Assembly: GCA_029856365.1 (NCBI GenBank)
Contig: JAHQWW010000016.1
Location: forward strand, 1 to 52,765
From: Candidatus Hodarchaeota archaeon
GTDB lineage: Archaea; Asgardarchaeota; Heimdallarchaeia; Hodarchaeales; Hodarchaeaceae
Direction of reading: 5' to 3'
DNA length: 52,765 nt
The notes beneath the pieces are model-generated. The model worked only from the letters and a program-made list of their open reading frames with translations, ran no database searches and was not told the DNA's origin. Positions 30,208 through 40,404 of the stretch are shown here, piece by piece (the first letter of the stretch is position 1; the number at the start of each line of letters is the position of its first letter). A program made the position numbers and the translations under genes.

Positions 30208-30279
30208 CAGCCCCGCCCAGAATCGAACTGGGGTTATCGGATTCAGAGTCCGAAGTGATAGCCGCTACACCACGGGGCT
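30208..30279 (-). tRNA. tRNA-Gln(CTG)
   Basis: AGCCCCG/CGGGGCT acceptor stem, TCGGA-CTCTGAA-TCCGA anticodon arm, CCCAG-TTCGATT-CTGGG T arm; G73; CCA not encoded. Confidence 0.95.
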
Positions 30280-30329
30280 TGTTCTGAATTTTTATTTTTA
30301 CCATTTGAGTAAGAAAGAGAAGAAAGAAG

Positions 30330-30436
30330 CAGCCCCGCCCGGATTTGAACCGGGGTCGAGAGGGTCAAAGCCTCTTATGCTAGTCCACATTGCCTAATTG
30401 TGGATGATATCCACAACATGTCTACACCACGGGGCT
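30330..30436 (-). tRNA. tRNA-Gln(TTG) with 34-nt D-loop insertion/intron (about 30388-30421)
   Basis: Same acceptor stem, AGAGG-CTTTGAC-CCTCT anticodon arm, CCCGG-TTCAAAT-CCGGG T arm. Removing 34 nt after G15 gives a normal 73-nt cloverleaf. Confidence 0.88.
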
Positions 30437-30525
30437 TAAGAATAGGGATTCTCTCAAGTCTTTATCAAATTAATCTTTTTTTTTTAAAATTTTATTAGAT
30501 ATTTTAATTTATGAAAAGCTGATAT

Positions 30526-30780
30526 CTATTTTGGAATTGAGAAATAAAATGTACTACCCTTCCCCTCTCCTTCTGATTCCACCCATATTCTTCTCTGATG
30601 TAATTTTATAATTGAAATTGAAATATAGAGACCCAATCCAAGGCCTTAGACTTAAATCTTTGCTTTTCCTCGTGGTTCAAACAGACTAAAAAGTCGATCA
30701 TGCTTATTAGGATTGATCCTTATTCCTTCATCTTTATCTGAGATGATATTTTCATTTGGTATGTTTCGAAAATTTCTTTG
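30526..30780 (-). pseudogene. Remnant of a sensor histidine kinase HATPase_c domain
   Basis: Translates as [71 protein letters not shown]: G1, F and G2 boxes with two internal stops. Not in the ORF track. Confidence 0.85.
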
Positions 30781-30782
30781 AT

Positions 30783-32006
30783 TCAGGCTCCAAATTTATG
30801 AACTCTTCCAGCAATACCCAGCATTAAAGGAATAAGTTGTTGGCCTATTAAATGACCTAATCCTCCTCTCATGGTTGGCCGCTCACCGAATTCAGTTACT
30901 TGATCTGGGCGAACACCCTCACCTACTATCAAAACTGGGAGTGGATCAGAAGAATGGTCTCGCATCACGCAAGGAGTGCTGTGATCTCCAGTGATACAAA
31001 TGATAGTTTCTGGTAATAATTCCAAAAAGGGTTCTATAGCAATATCTATTTCATCAATAAATTCCATTTTTTGAAGCGGTTTATTATCGTGCCCAAAATT
31101 GTCGGTTCCCTTAACGTGTAAAAACACAAATTGAGATCTTTGTAACGATTTCATAACTGCTTTAACTTTGGAATGAAGATCAGTAGGAACACCACCAGTA
31201 CCTGCATGATTATTATTAATCTTCATTCCGCAAATTGAGGCAACTCCCTTATATAAACCACCTCCTGCGACACATTCAGCAGTGAGGCCATATTTTGTTT
31301 GAAAATTTTCTAAATGAGGAGCCTTACCTGCACCTCGGACTAACAAGTAGTTTGCAGGCAGTTTATTTTTACTAATCCTTTTCTGATTTATCTCCAAAGA
31401 AGCCATTATTTCTGATGCCTCTCGGATGAATTGTTTTAATACACGAGCTGTTTTTTCAGCTTCCAAACTTGTCGGAATAATTGGATTAGGTTTCTTATTT
31501 TCAATTTTAGGATCATTTCCAGTAACATTATTAGATAAACCAGGGCCCCTTAATACAAGTGAAGCACGGTGGTCTATTCCCACTTTGAATATCGTTTCTA
31601 TATCTTCTATTCTAATATTTTGAAGTGCTTGTTCAATTTCTAGGGTTCCTTCAGAAATTCTACCGGCTCGTCTATCAAGTATTATTCCGTCTTTTATTGT
31701 AGCCATATTTGTCCGAAAAGCGATATCACCTGGTTTCACTGACACATCAGTTCCAGCCGCCTCAAAGGGTCCTCTTCCAGTGTATACTTCATAAGGATTG
31801 TATCCAAAGAGCGCAAGGTGCGCAGTATCACTACCAGGTGTAATTCCTTGTCCAATCGTGTGTAAATGACCAGTTATTCCCAATTGGGCCAACTTGTCCA
31901 TTGTAAGCGTTTTGGCCGCTTCCAAGGGTGTTTTCCCACCTAATTCTGGTATTGGACGATCACCCACACCATCCATTATAAATAAGAGAAGTTTTCGTTC
32001 CTGCAT
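30783..32006 (-). CDS. apgM: 2,3-bisphosphoglycerate-independent phosphoglycerate mutase (archaeal type)
   Basis: MDGVGDRP, TPLEAA, GSDTAHL, GRGPFEA, HVKGTDNFGHD, TGDHSTP. Start moved to MQERK (32006). Confidence 0.93.
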   Translation of the reverse strand: MQERKLLLFIMDGVGDRPIPELGGKTPLEAAKTLTMDKLAQLGITGHLHTIGQGITPGSDTAHLALFGYNPYEVYTGRGPFEAAGTDVSVKPGDIAFRTNMATIKDGIILDRRAGRISEGTLEIEQALQNIRIEDIETIFKVGIDHRASLVLRGPGLSNNVTGNDPKIENKKPNPIIPTSLEAEKTARVLKQFIREASEIMASLEINQKRISKNKLPANYLLVRGAGKAPHLENFQTKYGLTAECVAGGGLYKGVASICGMKINNNHAGTGGVPTDLHSKVKAVMKSLQRSQFVFLHVKGTDNFGHDNKPLQKMEFIDEIDIAIEPFLELLPETIICITGDHSTPCVMRDHSSDPLPVLIVGEGVRPDQVTEFGERPTMRGGLGHLIGQQLIPLMLGIAGRVHKFGA

Positions 32007-32053
32007 TTCATCAGCTCCAATATTGTACATTTTATAAAAACCAAAGTCTTGTT

Positions 32054-33202
32054 TTAAGATACAGGTTTCCAAAGGATATTGAGTTCCTCTGCTTTCTCTC
32101 TAGCTAAAGTCAATTCTTTGTATGTAATGCCTCTGTTGATGTCTTTATATTTATCAGGATTCTTGCGAACATGATGCATCGGCCTATACTGACCCATGAC
32201 ATTAACCATTGCCTTGGGAACACTTTTACTACACCATTCAAGGATAGGGAAGGTATCTGCTTCTATCCGATCAGGCATTACTAAATGCCGAACTATCATT
32301 TCCCCAGAACCTTTATCATGAGCCATTTTTATGTTGCGAGTGACTACTAACCAATAATTTGGAATTTTCGACATTCGTCTAGCAAAATCATCATTGGCGT
32401 ATTTTAGATCTGGTAACCAGAAATCCATAACTTCCAATAATAATTTCATTCCCTCAGTACTTAGATACATATTTGAATTCCAAAGCTGACAAATGTTTAT
32501 ATCAAAATCTTGAAGAACATGGAGAATCACATGAAGATTGGAGGTGGGATCTCCACCAACCCAATTTATATTTCGAGCACCTTCCCTGGCCAATGCTCCA
32601 GCAATAAGAGCAATTTGTTGAGGGGTTCGGTTGATGCCATCACGGATTTTACCACTTTGACGATCCCTCCATTCTTGACTAATAGAATAGTTTTGACAGA
32701 AGACACATTTAAAAGTGCATCCTGAAAAAAAGATCGTTCCTGAGGGTACAAGCACAGTTTCCTCTCCCATATGTAAAAAAGCAGAGCTTATGATTGCGTC
32801 CTTTCCAACTTTACAAACACCAAGTTCTCCTGCTTCCCGATTTTTTTTACATTGACGTTCACAAAAACAGCATTCCTTAAGTATTTCATCAGCAATTTTA
32901 ATCTTTAAATCAAGAAAAGATGGTTTAACTGGTTCTGGAACAACGTTCGCTTGAGCTCCCTCATCGTATTCAATTATGAAAGTGCTGAATTCTGATGCCA
33001 ATCGTTCATGTTCACGCCAAAGCACTGGTAAATCAGTTTGCAAATCAATATCTATTGGTAATGCTTTTGTTAAGAGATAACGTGCGATTTTCTCTTCATG
33101 AATTAGTTGATAATAACGATTAAGTCTTTTAACAACTCCAGGGATTTTCCAAACAGAGTGGGAGTCAGGTCGTGTTCGCCACATTTTTCTCAGAATATTC
33201 AA
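32054..33202 (-). CDS. Radical SAM protein, PflX-like
   Basis: CCFCERQC N-terminal cluster, HMGEE, SGTIFFSGCTFKCVFCQNYSISQ, VRHLVMP, MGQYRP. Confidence 0.88.
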   Translation of the reverse strand: MNILRKMWRTRPDSHSVWKIPGVVKRLNRYYQLIHEEKIARYLLTKALPIDIDLQTDLPVLWREHERLASEFSTFIIEYDEGAQANVVPEPVKPSFLDLKIKIADEILKECCFCERQCKKNREAGELGVCKVGKDAIISSAFLHMGEETVLVPSGTIFFSGCTFKCVFCQNYSISQEWRDRQSGKIRDGINRTPQQIALIAGALAREGARNINWVGGDPTSNLHVILHVLQDFDINICQLWNSNMYLSTEGMKLLLEVMDFWLPDLKYANDDFARRMSKIPNYWLVVTRNIKMAHDKGSGEMIVRHLVMPDRIEADTFPILEWCSKSVPKAMVNVMGQYRPMHHVRKNPDKYKDINRGITYKELTLAREKAEELNILWKPVS

Positions 33203-33301
33203 ATCCTACATGTTAATAAATGTCTTGGAAGATTTTAATAAGATAAAAATGAACTTAATTATTATTTTCTTTAGTTGAATTCATATTTGTAAAATAATTA
33301 G

Positions 33302-34513
33302 GTGATTGATTTGATCCCGTTAACTATAGATGATATTCTTAAAGCCCAGAAAACACTTGAAGGAAAAGTAAAACGAACACCGTTAAATCATTCTACCACA
33401 TTTTCTAATATGACGGGTTGTGAGGTTTACTTAAAACATGAGAATTTGCAAAAAGGAGGTTCATTTAAAGTTCGGGGAGCATACAACAAAATAGCCAACT
33501 TAGAAAAAATCAAAAAGACAGGTGTGGTAGCAGTTAGTACAGGTAATCATGCACAGGGCGTAGCTTTAGCAGCAGCTATGTTTGGCTTTAATTCTACCAT
33601 TGTTATGCCTAAAGGAGCACCAATTCCCAAAATTGAAGCAACAAAGGGTTATGGGGGACAAGTTATTTTGTATGGTAATAGTTTTGAAGAAGCATTTATA
33701 AAAGCAAAGGAGATCGGAAAAAAAGAGAAACTCACATTAGTTCACGCATTTGATGATCCATATATTGCTGCAGGTCAAGGAACCATTGGATTAGAAATAT
33801 TAGAAGATCTTCCAGACGTTGACTTAGTGATATGCCCCATTGGAGGAGGAGGATTAATATCTGGGATAGCAACGGCTATAAAAGCTAGAAAATCGAATTG
33901 TAGGGTTATTGGTGTTCAAGCTAGGGAAATGGATGCGGCTTATAAATCCTTTCAAGATGGGATTTTGGTTCAAACAGAAAAGGGTAATACCATTGCTGAT
34001 GGTATTGCTATCAAAAGCCCGAGTGAATTCACATTCTCCATTATAAAATCACAAATAGATGACATTGTTATCGTTGAAGAAGAGGAAATCGCGAGAGCTA
34101 TGTTACTTCTTTTAGAGCGATGTAAGTCAGTAGTGGAAGGGGCCGGAGCAGTAGCATTGGCAGCCCTACTCTATCGAAATATTGCTAAAAGGGGGGAGAA
34201 AACAGCATTAGTGGTTAGTGGGGGTAATGTAGACATAACTATCTTAAGCAAACTTATTACACAAGGATTGATAAAGTCTGGCCGCTATAAGGAGCTCAAG
34301 GTTTTAATGGAAGATAAGCCAGGTGAGCTTGAAAACCTGTTAGAAATTATTTCGGAGTTAGAAGCAAATATTGTTGATATAAATGTTGATCGTTACTCTC
34401 CCGATTTACCCTTTAATCATGTAGTAGTACAATTAGCAATAGAAACAAAAAATTTGGATCACTCATTAGCTTTATTGAAAGAAATTAGAAAACAATTTCA
34501 AATCTATGGATAA
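33302..34513 (+). CDS. ilvA: Threonine ammonia-lyase with C-terminal ACT domain
   Basis: KHENLQKGGSFKVRGA, STGNHAQG, PIGGGGLISG, SGGN, DKPGEL. Confidence 0.92.
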   Translation: MIDLIPLTIDDILKAQKTLEGKVKRTPLNHSTTFSNMTGCEVYLKHENLQKGGSFKVRGAYNKIANLEKIKKTGVVAVSTGNHAQGVALAAAMFGFNSTIVMPKGAPIPKIEATKGYGGQVILYGNSFEEAFIKAKEIGKKEKLTLVHAFDDPYIAAGQGTIGLEILEDLPDVDLVICPIGGGGLISGIATAIKARKSNCRVIGVQAREMDAAYKSFQDGILVQTEKGNTIADGIAIKSPSEFTFSIIKSQIDDIVIVEEEEIARAMLLLLERCKSVVEGAGAVALAALLYRNIAKRGEKTALVVSGGNVDITILSKLITQGLIKSGRYKELKVLMEDKPGELENLLEIISELEANIVDINVDRYSPDLPFNHVVVQLAIETKNLDHSLALLKEIRKQFQIYG

Positions 34514-34671
34514 CGACATATCCTGGCTTAGTCAAAAAATTAGACTTATTATAAAGAATTTATAAAATAATGCAAATTGGTAAGATGCTGATAAATACTT
34601 GGTACATCTAGATTGATGATTGAAAATCTAAAAAGAGATGATTGCGGTTCTTTTCCAGTTAGGGATGTATC

Positions 34672-34716
34672 CATTCTCCAATTTACACAGTTATACCATT
34701 TATTGTGTGGAGAATG
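34672..34716. terminator. Stem-loop between convergent genes
   Basis: CATTCTCC/GGAGAATG outer stem plus ACACA/TGTGT inner stem with a 5-nt bulge. Confidence 0.35.
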
Positions 34717-34726
34717 AGTTTACACA

Positions 34727-35368
34727 CTAACAACATCTACAAACTAACATCCACATGGTATGGTAGTCTGAGTCAGTTGGATAATTCTTCTGATAGTATT
34801 CATTTAACTCCATTACTTTTAGAAAACTAAAATCCTCCATGATTTCGGATTTACTAGCAAAATGAAGATAGGTTATACCCTTAAAAGAATTAGGATCATT
34901 GGGGACTGGCGTTCCACAACCATAATATTGTTTATCATTGCTAGAAAGTGTACTAAGGAAGAACCACCCTTGTGATTTTAGAAGTTTCTTAATTTTGTCT
35001 CTAAAGAGTTCTCGTTCGGTTTTATTGAAAAAATGATAAACATTAGAGATAAGAATGACATCGAATTGTTCATTTTCATGTACTTCTTTAAAACCAATAG
35101 AATGGAATTCAATGTCATCTTCTCCTGATAGAGTTATTCTAGCTTTCCGAATTGCTTCTCGGGAAGGATCAATGGCAACTATTCGTCTGTTTTTTAAATT
35201 TTGAGCTAAATAAAGATCATCACGTCCCTCTCCACATCCAATATCTAAAATGTTAATTTTTTCATTAGTATCATTGTTTTGCAGGTATTCTATAACAGTA
35301 AAAGCCATTTTACTTGGAAAATGTGAAGAATCAAAAATTTTGTTTATGTATTCCCCCTCCTTAAACAT
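34727..35368 (-). CDS. Class I SAM-dependent methyltransferase
   Basis: ILDIGCGEGR, AIDPS, FDVI, LKSQG. Confidence 0.9.
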   Translation of the reverse strand: MFKEGEYINKIFDSSHFPSKMAFTVIEYLQNNDTNEKINILDIGCGEGRDDLYLAQNLKNRRIVAIDPSREAIRKARITLSGEDDIEFHSIGFKEVHENEQFDVILISNVYHFFNKTERELFRDKIKKLLKSQGWFFLSTLSSNDKQYYGCGTPVPNDPNSFKGITYLHFASKSEIMEDFSFLKVMELNEYYQKNYPTDSDYHTMWMLVCRCC

Positions 35369-35400
35369 TTAGTCCAAAAAGAAAAGATTACCCACATATT

Positions 35401-38400
35401 TCATTCTTTCCTCTTGTCTATTTTCCTCCTTCTAATAGTTATTATACTAGTAACTAGAGTAAGAGCTAGTATAATATAATAAACTTCAATTCCAGGAGTT
35501 CTTTTCTCAGTTGTTGTTGTAGACGCAGTTATGTTAGGAATTGTTGTACTGATTATAGATTCAGTATAGAATCGGATATTTACTGGTGTGACATAACTGT
35601 CTATTATTATTCCGTCAAACGATACTGCAGCAATGGACGCTTTGACACTAAAATGGTTTGGAGGGTTACTAGAGGAGAATATATCAGAGAAGGTGAAAGG
35701 AATGGTGTGGTATTTAATACCAGTGGCGGCAGGATTGTAAAAGGTTACTTTATCAAGTGTATTGGAACTTTTATCCCAATAAATTTCCACTGAAACTTCC
35801 AGGGAGTAACTAATGACACGATTCACAACAATGGCAACATTTACCTCAATTCTATCAGCTATTCCATCCTCATTACCATCCCCCTGAACAATCCTAATGT
35901 GTCCGATAGACAAAGGTGGACTCATGAAAAACTCTCTAAGATCATATATTTGGTCTATAAATAATGGTTGAGTCAAGATTACAAACATTCCTTCATCATC
36001 AGAAGAATAAAGCGGGACTAAAAAGATTTCAGTTAAAGGTAATATATCTAAATCATCAGCTTTCTTAGAGCTTTTTAATAAATAATAATAAGGAATTAAA
36101 AATGAGATATTATGTATACCTTCTGGAAAATACTCTTGTGTTACTGATATAGTTCCTAATTGGGCCTCATAAAAATTATTCAATTGAGCATGAACTTTTG
36201 CTGAAAAATCATAATTCCCTTCTTGATAAATATTAATTAACAAAGAAATCACAATTGTATCAAGTTTTCCATCCTCATCTCTATCCTGGGCATCAGAGGT
36301 TATTGTTGACACTCGGATTGGTAGTTTGTAATTAAATGTACTTTTGTTTGCTTTAAAGTGTGGAATGTTTAAACTTGCTTTATAGACGGATTCTAAACTA
36401 AGAATAGAGATGTTCCCATAAATAGATTCGTCAAAAGCATTTCTTACAAGAGTTTTCCCAGAGAAGAAGAATGTAGGAGTGTAATTTCCTAGTTTATTTG
36501 CATTAATTATAGTATTATTTCTAATTCTTTGTACAGAATAGTCATTTCTTGAAAAAAGATCGACCCCCACATCATATGTTCCTACCTTGTTAATTCCGAT
36601 TGATATATCAATGAAAAGACCAGTATTATTCAGTATAATCTCTGGTACCTTATTGAAGAAAGCATCAACATACGGGGAATAGTCTGAGTAGTTAACACTC
36701 GGTAATACTCCTGCATGAAAAGCAAAAGCAATCAAAGACAAATTATTTTTTTGATAACGATGTTTAAGGCCATCTTGACGATCAGGGGAATAAATGCTTG
36801 CAGTATATATTTCAAGACTGCCAATATAACTAGAATTAAACAGATCCTCTGCTTCAATTTTGAGTTTAATGGTGTTCAAACCTAAAGTGAGGTTTTTTGT
36901 AAAATTAATAATTTTCAAGAAATCTCCTTGAATAGGTTCATAATCACGAATATCAAATTCAAAAATGACGTCAATTTGAGCTATCGAAGTTACTTCCCAT
37001 GAAACCTCAATTCCTGCGTCAGTGGAGTTTTCAAATTTCGTACTACCAAGAAATGAAGAAAACCATGCTACAGGAGATTCAAAATCAGAAGCAGTATACT
37101 CCTTGGTGATATAAGGAATATACAGGGTAAAATCATATTCCTCAAATGTGAAACCCATGCTTGGGAAAAAATATGGCCCTATTAGATTATTAGCTTTGAA
37201 TATTCTTGCATCAAAGTCAATTGAGAAGCTATTAATTCCTTGAACTAACATAACACTCTTTTCAGAGGAATTAATAAGGATCATTGTTTCATTAGGATAA
37301 CTGAATGGATGTCCTGTAAAAACGATAATTTTTGTATTAATTTTTGAAGTGATATCAATACTGAATCGAATTGCATCAAGCTTATCGTCACTGTCTGAAT
37401 CAATAGCGCGGTCCATTATTGTAAAACCGACAATTGAGTCAAAATCAGTAAGAGTTTCTTTGGGTATTTCATAGAATATAGGGATGTGATATCTATACCA
37501 CGATCCAAGAATACCAAATACTGCTAGGTCGCTTATATTTTGGAATTGTTGTACGAAAAACTCTATTGTAACAGTGGTTAAACCTGGTTGATAAACACTA
37601 AATGTCTCTATTTCATAAGCAAGAAGTTCGTTCTGATTCTCGTTCCAAATTGGAATACCAATTCCAAAAGCTCCAGTTTTTGAGAAACTGAATTCCAGTT
37701 CAATTTTAATCTTTTCAGGGAAACTATTTCCTCCAATATCTTCTTTTTCAATTTTATATGAGTTCAAACGATTATCAAGCTGGTTGAATGAGGTACAGTC
37801 ATAAATAGATGTTGTATAAACCTCTAAATTGTAATTCAAAAACAAAGAGAAATTATTTTTTCCTAAAGCCAACTCGTTTATGATATAAGATCCATTATAT
37901 CCTGATGATTCTAAAAGACCCCCTGGGACTGAGATACTTAAATTCTGGATACCTTCTGCTAAAGTTAAATTCAACCAGTCCCACATGAACACGTACCGCC
38001 CGAAATGATAATCAGGACGATTTTGAGCAATTGAATACCAAAAATTATACTTCCCTGCTTTTGAAACATTGACCTCAATTGAGAATGATAATTCATCAAA
38101 TAAACCATCTGAATCAAAATCGACAGGGTTACTTTCAATCTTTCCAGTTAAGGAGGCAGGTTGAAAAGAAGATAGTGCTCTTTCATCAGTTTCTTGAATG
38201 AGTAAAACATATTGTCCTGGTGTCTTATCTTCAATCCTTATGAAATAGTCCCCAGAACTTTGCGCTTTAAAGATAGCAATTTCAGGAAGATGCCCCTCTC
38301 TAGTACTTCGATTGAAAAAAGTTCCATTTTCGTCTGTAATAAAAAGATTAAGATTCCCTGTAAGGTTAGTAAGTTCAACAGAATAAACTTGATCCTTAAC

Positions 38401-40299
38401 AACTGGGAATGAATAAAGATCTCTATCCCATTTGTTTATTTCTCCAGTGATAGGGGTTCCAATGATCACAGGTAGTGCGCCACCATATGTTTCACCTGCG
38501 TCTGTTCCGCTATCCGCGTCATTACTTATTACATCAGGTTGAAGATAAAGGGTGGCATTGTAATAGATTTTACTTCCGTTTTTTACCATGATGGCGCCAT
38601 TCATGGCAGAATCAGGCATGGCAACTTTTACTCTAGCCCTAATCCATCCCTCAGTGTCCAAATCTACTAAAGAAGCATTGACATAAGGTTGTAGAGATGA
38701 AGTTATATTAAATGCATTAAAAGATTGGTTGAGAAATATGTCTAATTGATATTCAAATAATTCTCCTGGACTAAGTATTAATGGAGATGAGTTAATAAAG
38801 GATGGATATGCGAAAACTGATGGAGTTTGAAGATATTCAAGTGCAGCAGAAGCGTTTATTAGTCCTGCTCCCTGAACAAAAACATGCCTACCCATATCAG
38901 ATGCTGTACTCAACATTGCACTTCTAATTTCATCTATACTAGCCCCAAGTTCTTCTGAACGATTGAAAGAGAGAAGAAGGGCTGCTACACCTGCAACAGC
39001 TGGAGCTGACATAGAAGTTCCACTAGCAATGGTATATTGCCCTCCTGGTTCTAAAGAGAGAATGCCTCTTCCTGGTGCAACGATGTCTGGGTCAACAACG
39101 CCATTGGGAGAAGGACCCCTACTGGAAAAAAAAGCCACATCGTTATAGATATTTGATGCACCAACGGTAATTGATTTCGATTCCATCCCTGGGCTAGAAA
39201 TGCTGTTAGGTTCTGGTCCACTGTTCCCAGCAGAAGTGATAACCATGACATTATTTTCCCAAGCTGAATGTATGGCTTCCTCAAAAAGAGGATCTGCGTC
39301 TCCTGGTAAACCACCGAGGGACATTGAAACAATGTCAGCACCATTAGAAACAGCCCAATCTATCCCCTTCACGATCCAACTAATATATCCTCCGATTGTT
39401 TTGTCTAAAACTTTTCCATTCATAAGCTTAGCTCCAGGGGCTACTCCTATGAGGTAGCCATTACCTGCAGCAATACCGGCAACATGTGTACCGTGAAAAT
39501 GATCATCCATGGGATTGGTATCATTCATGCCATCATTGTCAAAATCAACGAATGAAGCTTCTAAGATGACCTTTGGATCTTTTGTTGAATCATCATTGTC
39601 AATATCATCTAAATCTGGATGTGTTTTATCAATACCAGTATCAAGAATAGCAATTGTTACTCCTGAACCATTTATCCCAAGGTTCTGCAAATATCGTGCT
39701 CCAATAATATTTTCTGAAGGAAATATAGAAATATCAAAAGAATTCCAGTCTTCTTCTATGAAAGGAATGTATTCATCTAAAAATACCCCTTTTACGCCAG
39801 GGAGTGATTTTACATCATTCACTGATTCTAGTGAGGTTTGCATAATGGCAATCGGCATAGAGTTTAAGATTTCGAAGTCATGTTTGGCAAGTACTGGATT
39901 TCTCATCTCTTGAAAGGAATTAAAGAAAACTAAGAGTTTAACTTGCTTTTTGTCCCATAAAGATCTGGGTGTTGTTTGGAATATTTCTTCTAATGATCTA
40001 GAAAGGTGTATATGTTTTTGTTGAGAAGTTTCAAGATATTGAGGCAATGTTTTCCCTTCTTTTAATTTGCTATAATTATTCCACGCATTATAATCTTCAG
40101 AAGGATTATTTACTTCATTATTAATATCAATTGAAGGCACTAGATCATTTATTATTGAGTTAACTTGTGATGGTATCTGTTTTTGCAAAAGAATTATTGG
40201 TACGAAGACATGTGTAAATACAATAACAATTAATAAAAATGAGAACCTCCTCTTGAACTTATTATACAAAGTCACAATGTCATTCTTTCTATGCATCAA
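35401..40299 (-). CDS. Large surface-anchored S8 (subtilisin-like) serine protease
   Basis: Catalytic triad ILDTG / HGTHVAG / GTSMSAP, oxyanion AGN, PPC-like domain, repeated DxDxDG beta modules, Thr-rich linker + TPG + TM + basic tail. Confidence 0.92.
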   Translation of the reverse strand: MMHRKNDIVTLYNKFKRRFSFLLIVIVFTHVFVPIILLQKQIPSQVNSIINDLVPSIDINNEVNNPSEDYNAWNNYSKLKEGKTLPQYLETSQQKHIHLSRSLEEIFQTTPRSLWDKKQVKLLVFFNSFQEMRNPVLAKHDFEILNSMPIAIMQTSLESVNDVKSLPGVKGVFLDEYIPFIEEDWNSFDISIFPSENIIGARYLQNLGINGSGVTIAILDTGIDKTHPDLDDIDNDDSTKDPKVILEASFVDFDNDGMNDTNPMDDHFHGTHVAGIAAGNGYLIGVAPGAKLMNGKVLDKTIGGYISWIVKGIDWAVSNGADIVSMSLGGLPGDADPLFEEAIHSAWENNVMVITSAGNSGPEPNSISSPGMESKSITVGASNIYNDVAFFSSRGPSPNGVVDPDIVAPGRGILSLEPGGQYTIASGTSMSAPAVAGVAALLLSFNRSEELGASIDEIRSAMLSTASDMGRHVFVQGAGLINASAALEYLQTPSVFAYPSFINSSPLILSPGELFEYQLDIFLNQSFNAFNITSSLQPYVNASLVDLDTEGWIRARVKVAMPDSAMNGAIMVKNGSKIYYNATLYLQPDVISNDADSGTDAGETYGGALPVIIGTPITGEINKWDRDLYSFPVVKDQVYSVELTNLTGNLNLFITDENGTFFNRSTREGHLPEIAIFKAQSSGDYFIRIEDKTPGQYVLLIQETDERALSSFQPASLTGKIESNPVDFDSDGLFDELSFSIEVNVSKAGKYNFWYSIAQNRPDYHFGRYVFMWDWLNLTLAEGIQNLSISVPGGLLESSGYNGSYIINELALGKNNFSLFLNYNLEVYTTSIYDCTSFNQLDNRLNSYKIEKEDIGGNSFPEKIKIELEFSFSKTGAFGIGIPIWNENQNELLAYEIETFSVYQPGLTTVTIEFFVQQFQNISDLAVFGILGSWYRYHIPIFYEIPKETLTDFDSIVGFTIMDRAIDSDSDDKLDAIRFSIDITSKINTKIIVFTGHPFSYPNETMILINSSEKSVMLVQGINSFSIDFDARIFKANNLIGPYFFPSMGFTFEEYDFTLYIPYITKEYTASDFESPVAWFSSFLGSTKFENSTDAGIEVSWEVTSIAQIDVIFEFDIRDYEPIQGDFLKIINFTKNLTLGLNTIKLKIEAEDLFNSSYIGSLEIYTASIYSPDRQDGLKHRYQKNNLSLIAFAFHAGVLPSVNYSDYSPYVDAFFNKVPEIILNNTGLFIDISIGINKVGTYDVGVDLFSRNDYSVQRIRNNTIINANKLGNYTPTFFFSGKTLVRNAFDESIYGNISILSLESVYKASLNIPHFKANKSTFNYKLPIRVSTITSDAQDRDEDGKLDTIVISLLINIYQEGNYDFSAKVHAQLNNFYEAQLGTISVTQEYFPEGIHNISFLIPYYYLLKSSKKADDLDILPLTEIFLVPLYSSDDEGMFVILTQPLFIDQIYDLREFFMSPPLSIGHIRIVQGDGNEDGIADRIEVNVAIVVNRVISYSLEVSVEIYWDKSSNTLDKVTFYNPAATGIKYHTIPFTFSDIFSSSNPPNHFSVKASIAAVSFDGIIIDSYVTPVNIRFYTESIISTTIPNITASTTTTEKRTPGIEVYYIILALTLVTSIITIRRRKIDKRKE

Positions 40300-40404
40300 T
40301 GAAACTCAATAATCTGAATTCCCTCTGCTATTAAAAAATTTTAGATGAGAATCTAGAATTTCTAAGTATTTCGTCTCATATCAACTGAGTAAAAAAGCTG
40401 ATTT

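Noticed and set aside
30208-30436. Repeated AGCCCCGCCC / CTACACCACGGGGCT as attL/attR or CRISPR repeats
   Set aside because: Fully explained by two paralogous tRNA-Gln genes; no integrase or spacer array.
32007-32072. Overlap of apgM with the radical SAM gene
   Set aside because: Artefact of the longest-ORF start; family similarity begins at MQERK (32006).
34672-34716. Hairpin as a SECIS element
   Set aside because: No AUGA/GA core or archaeal SECIS pattern, and no in-frame TGA in the flanking genes.
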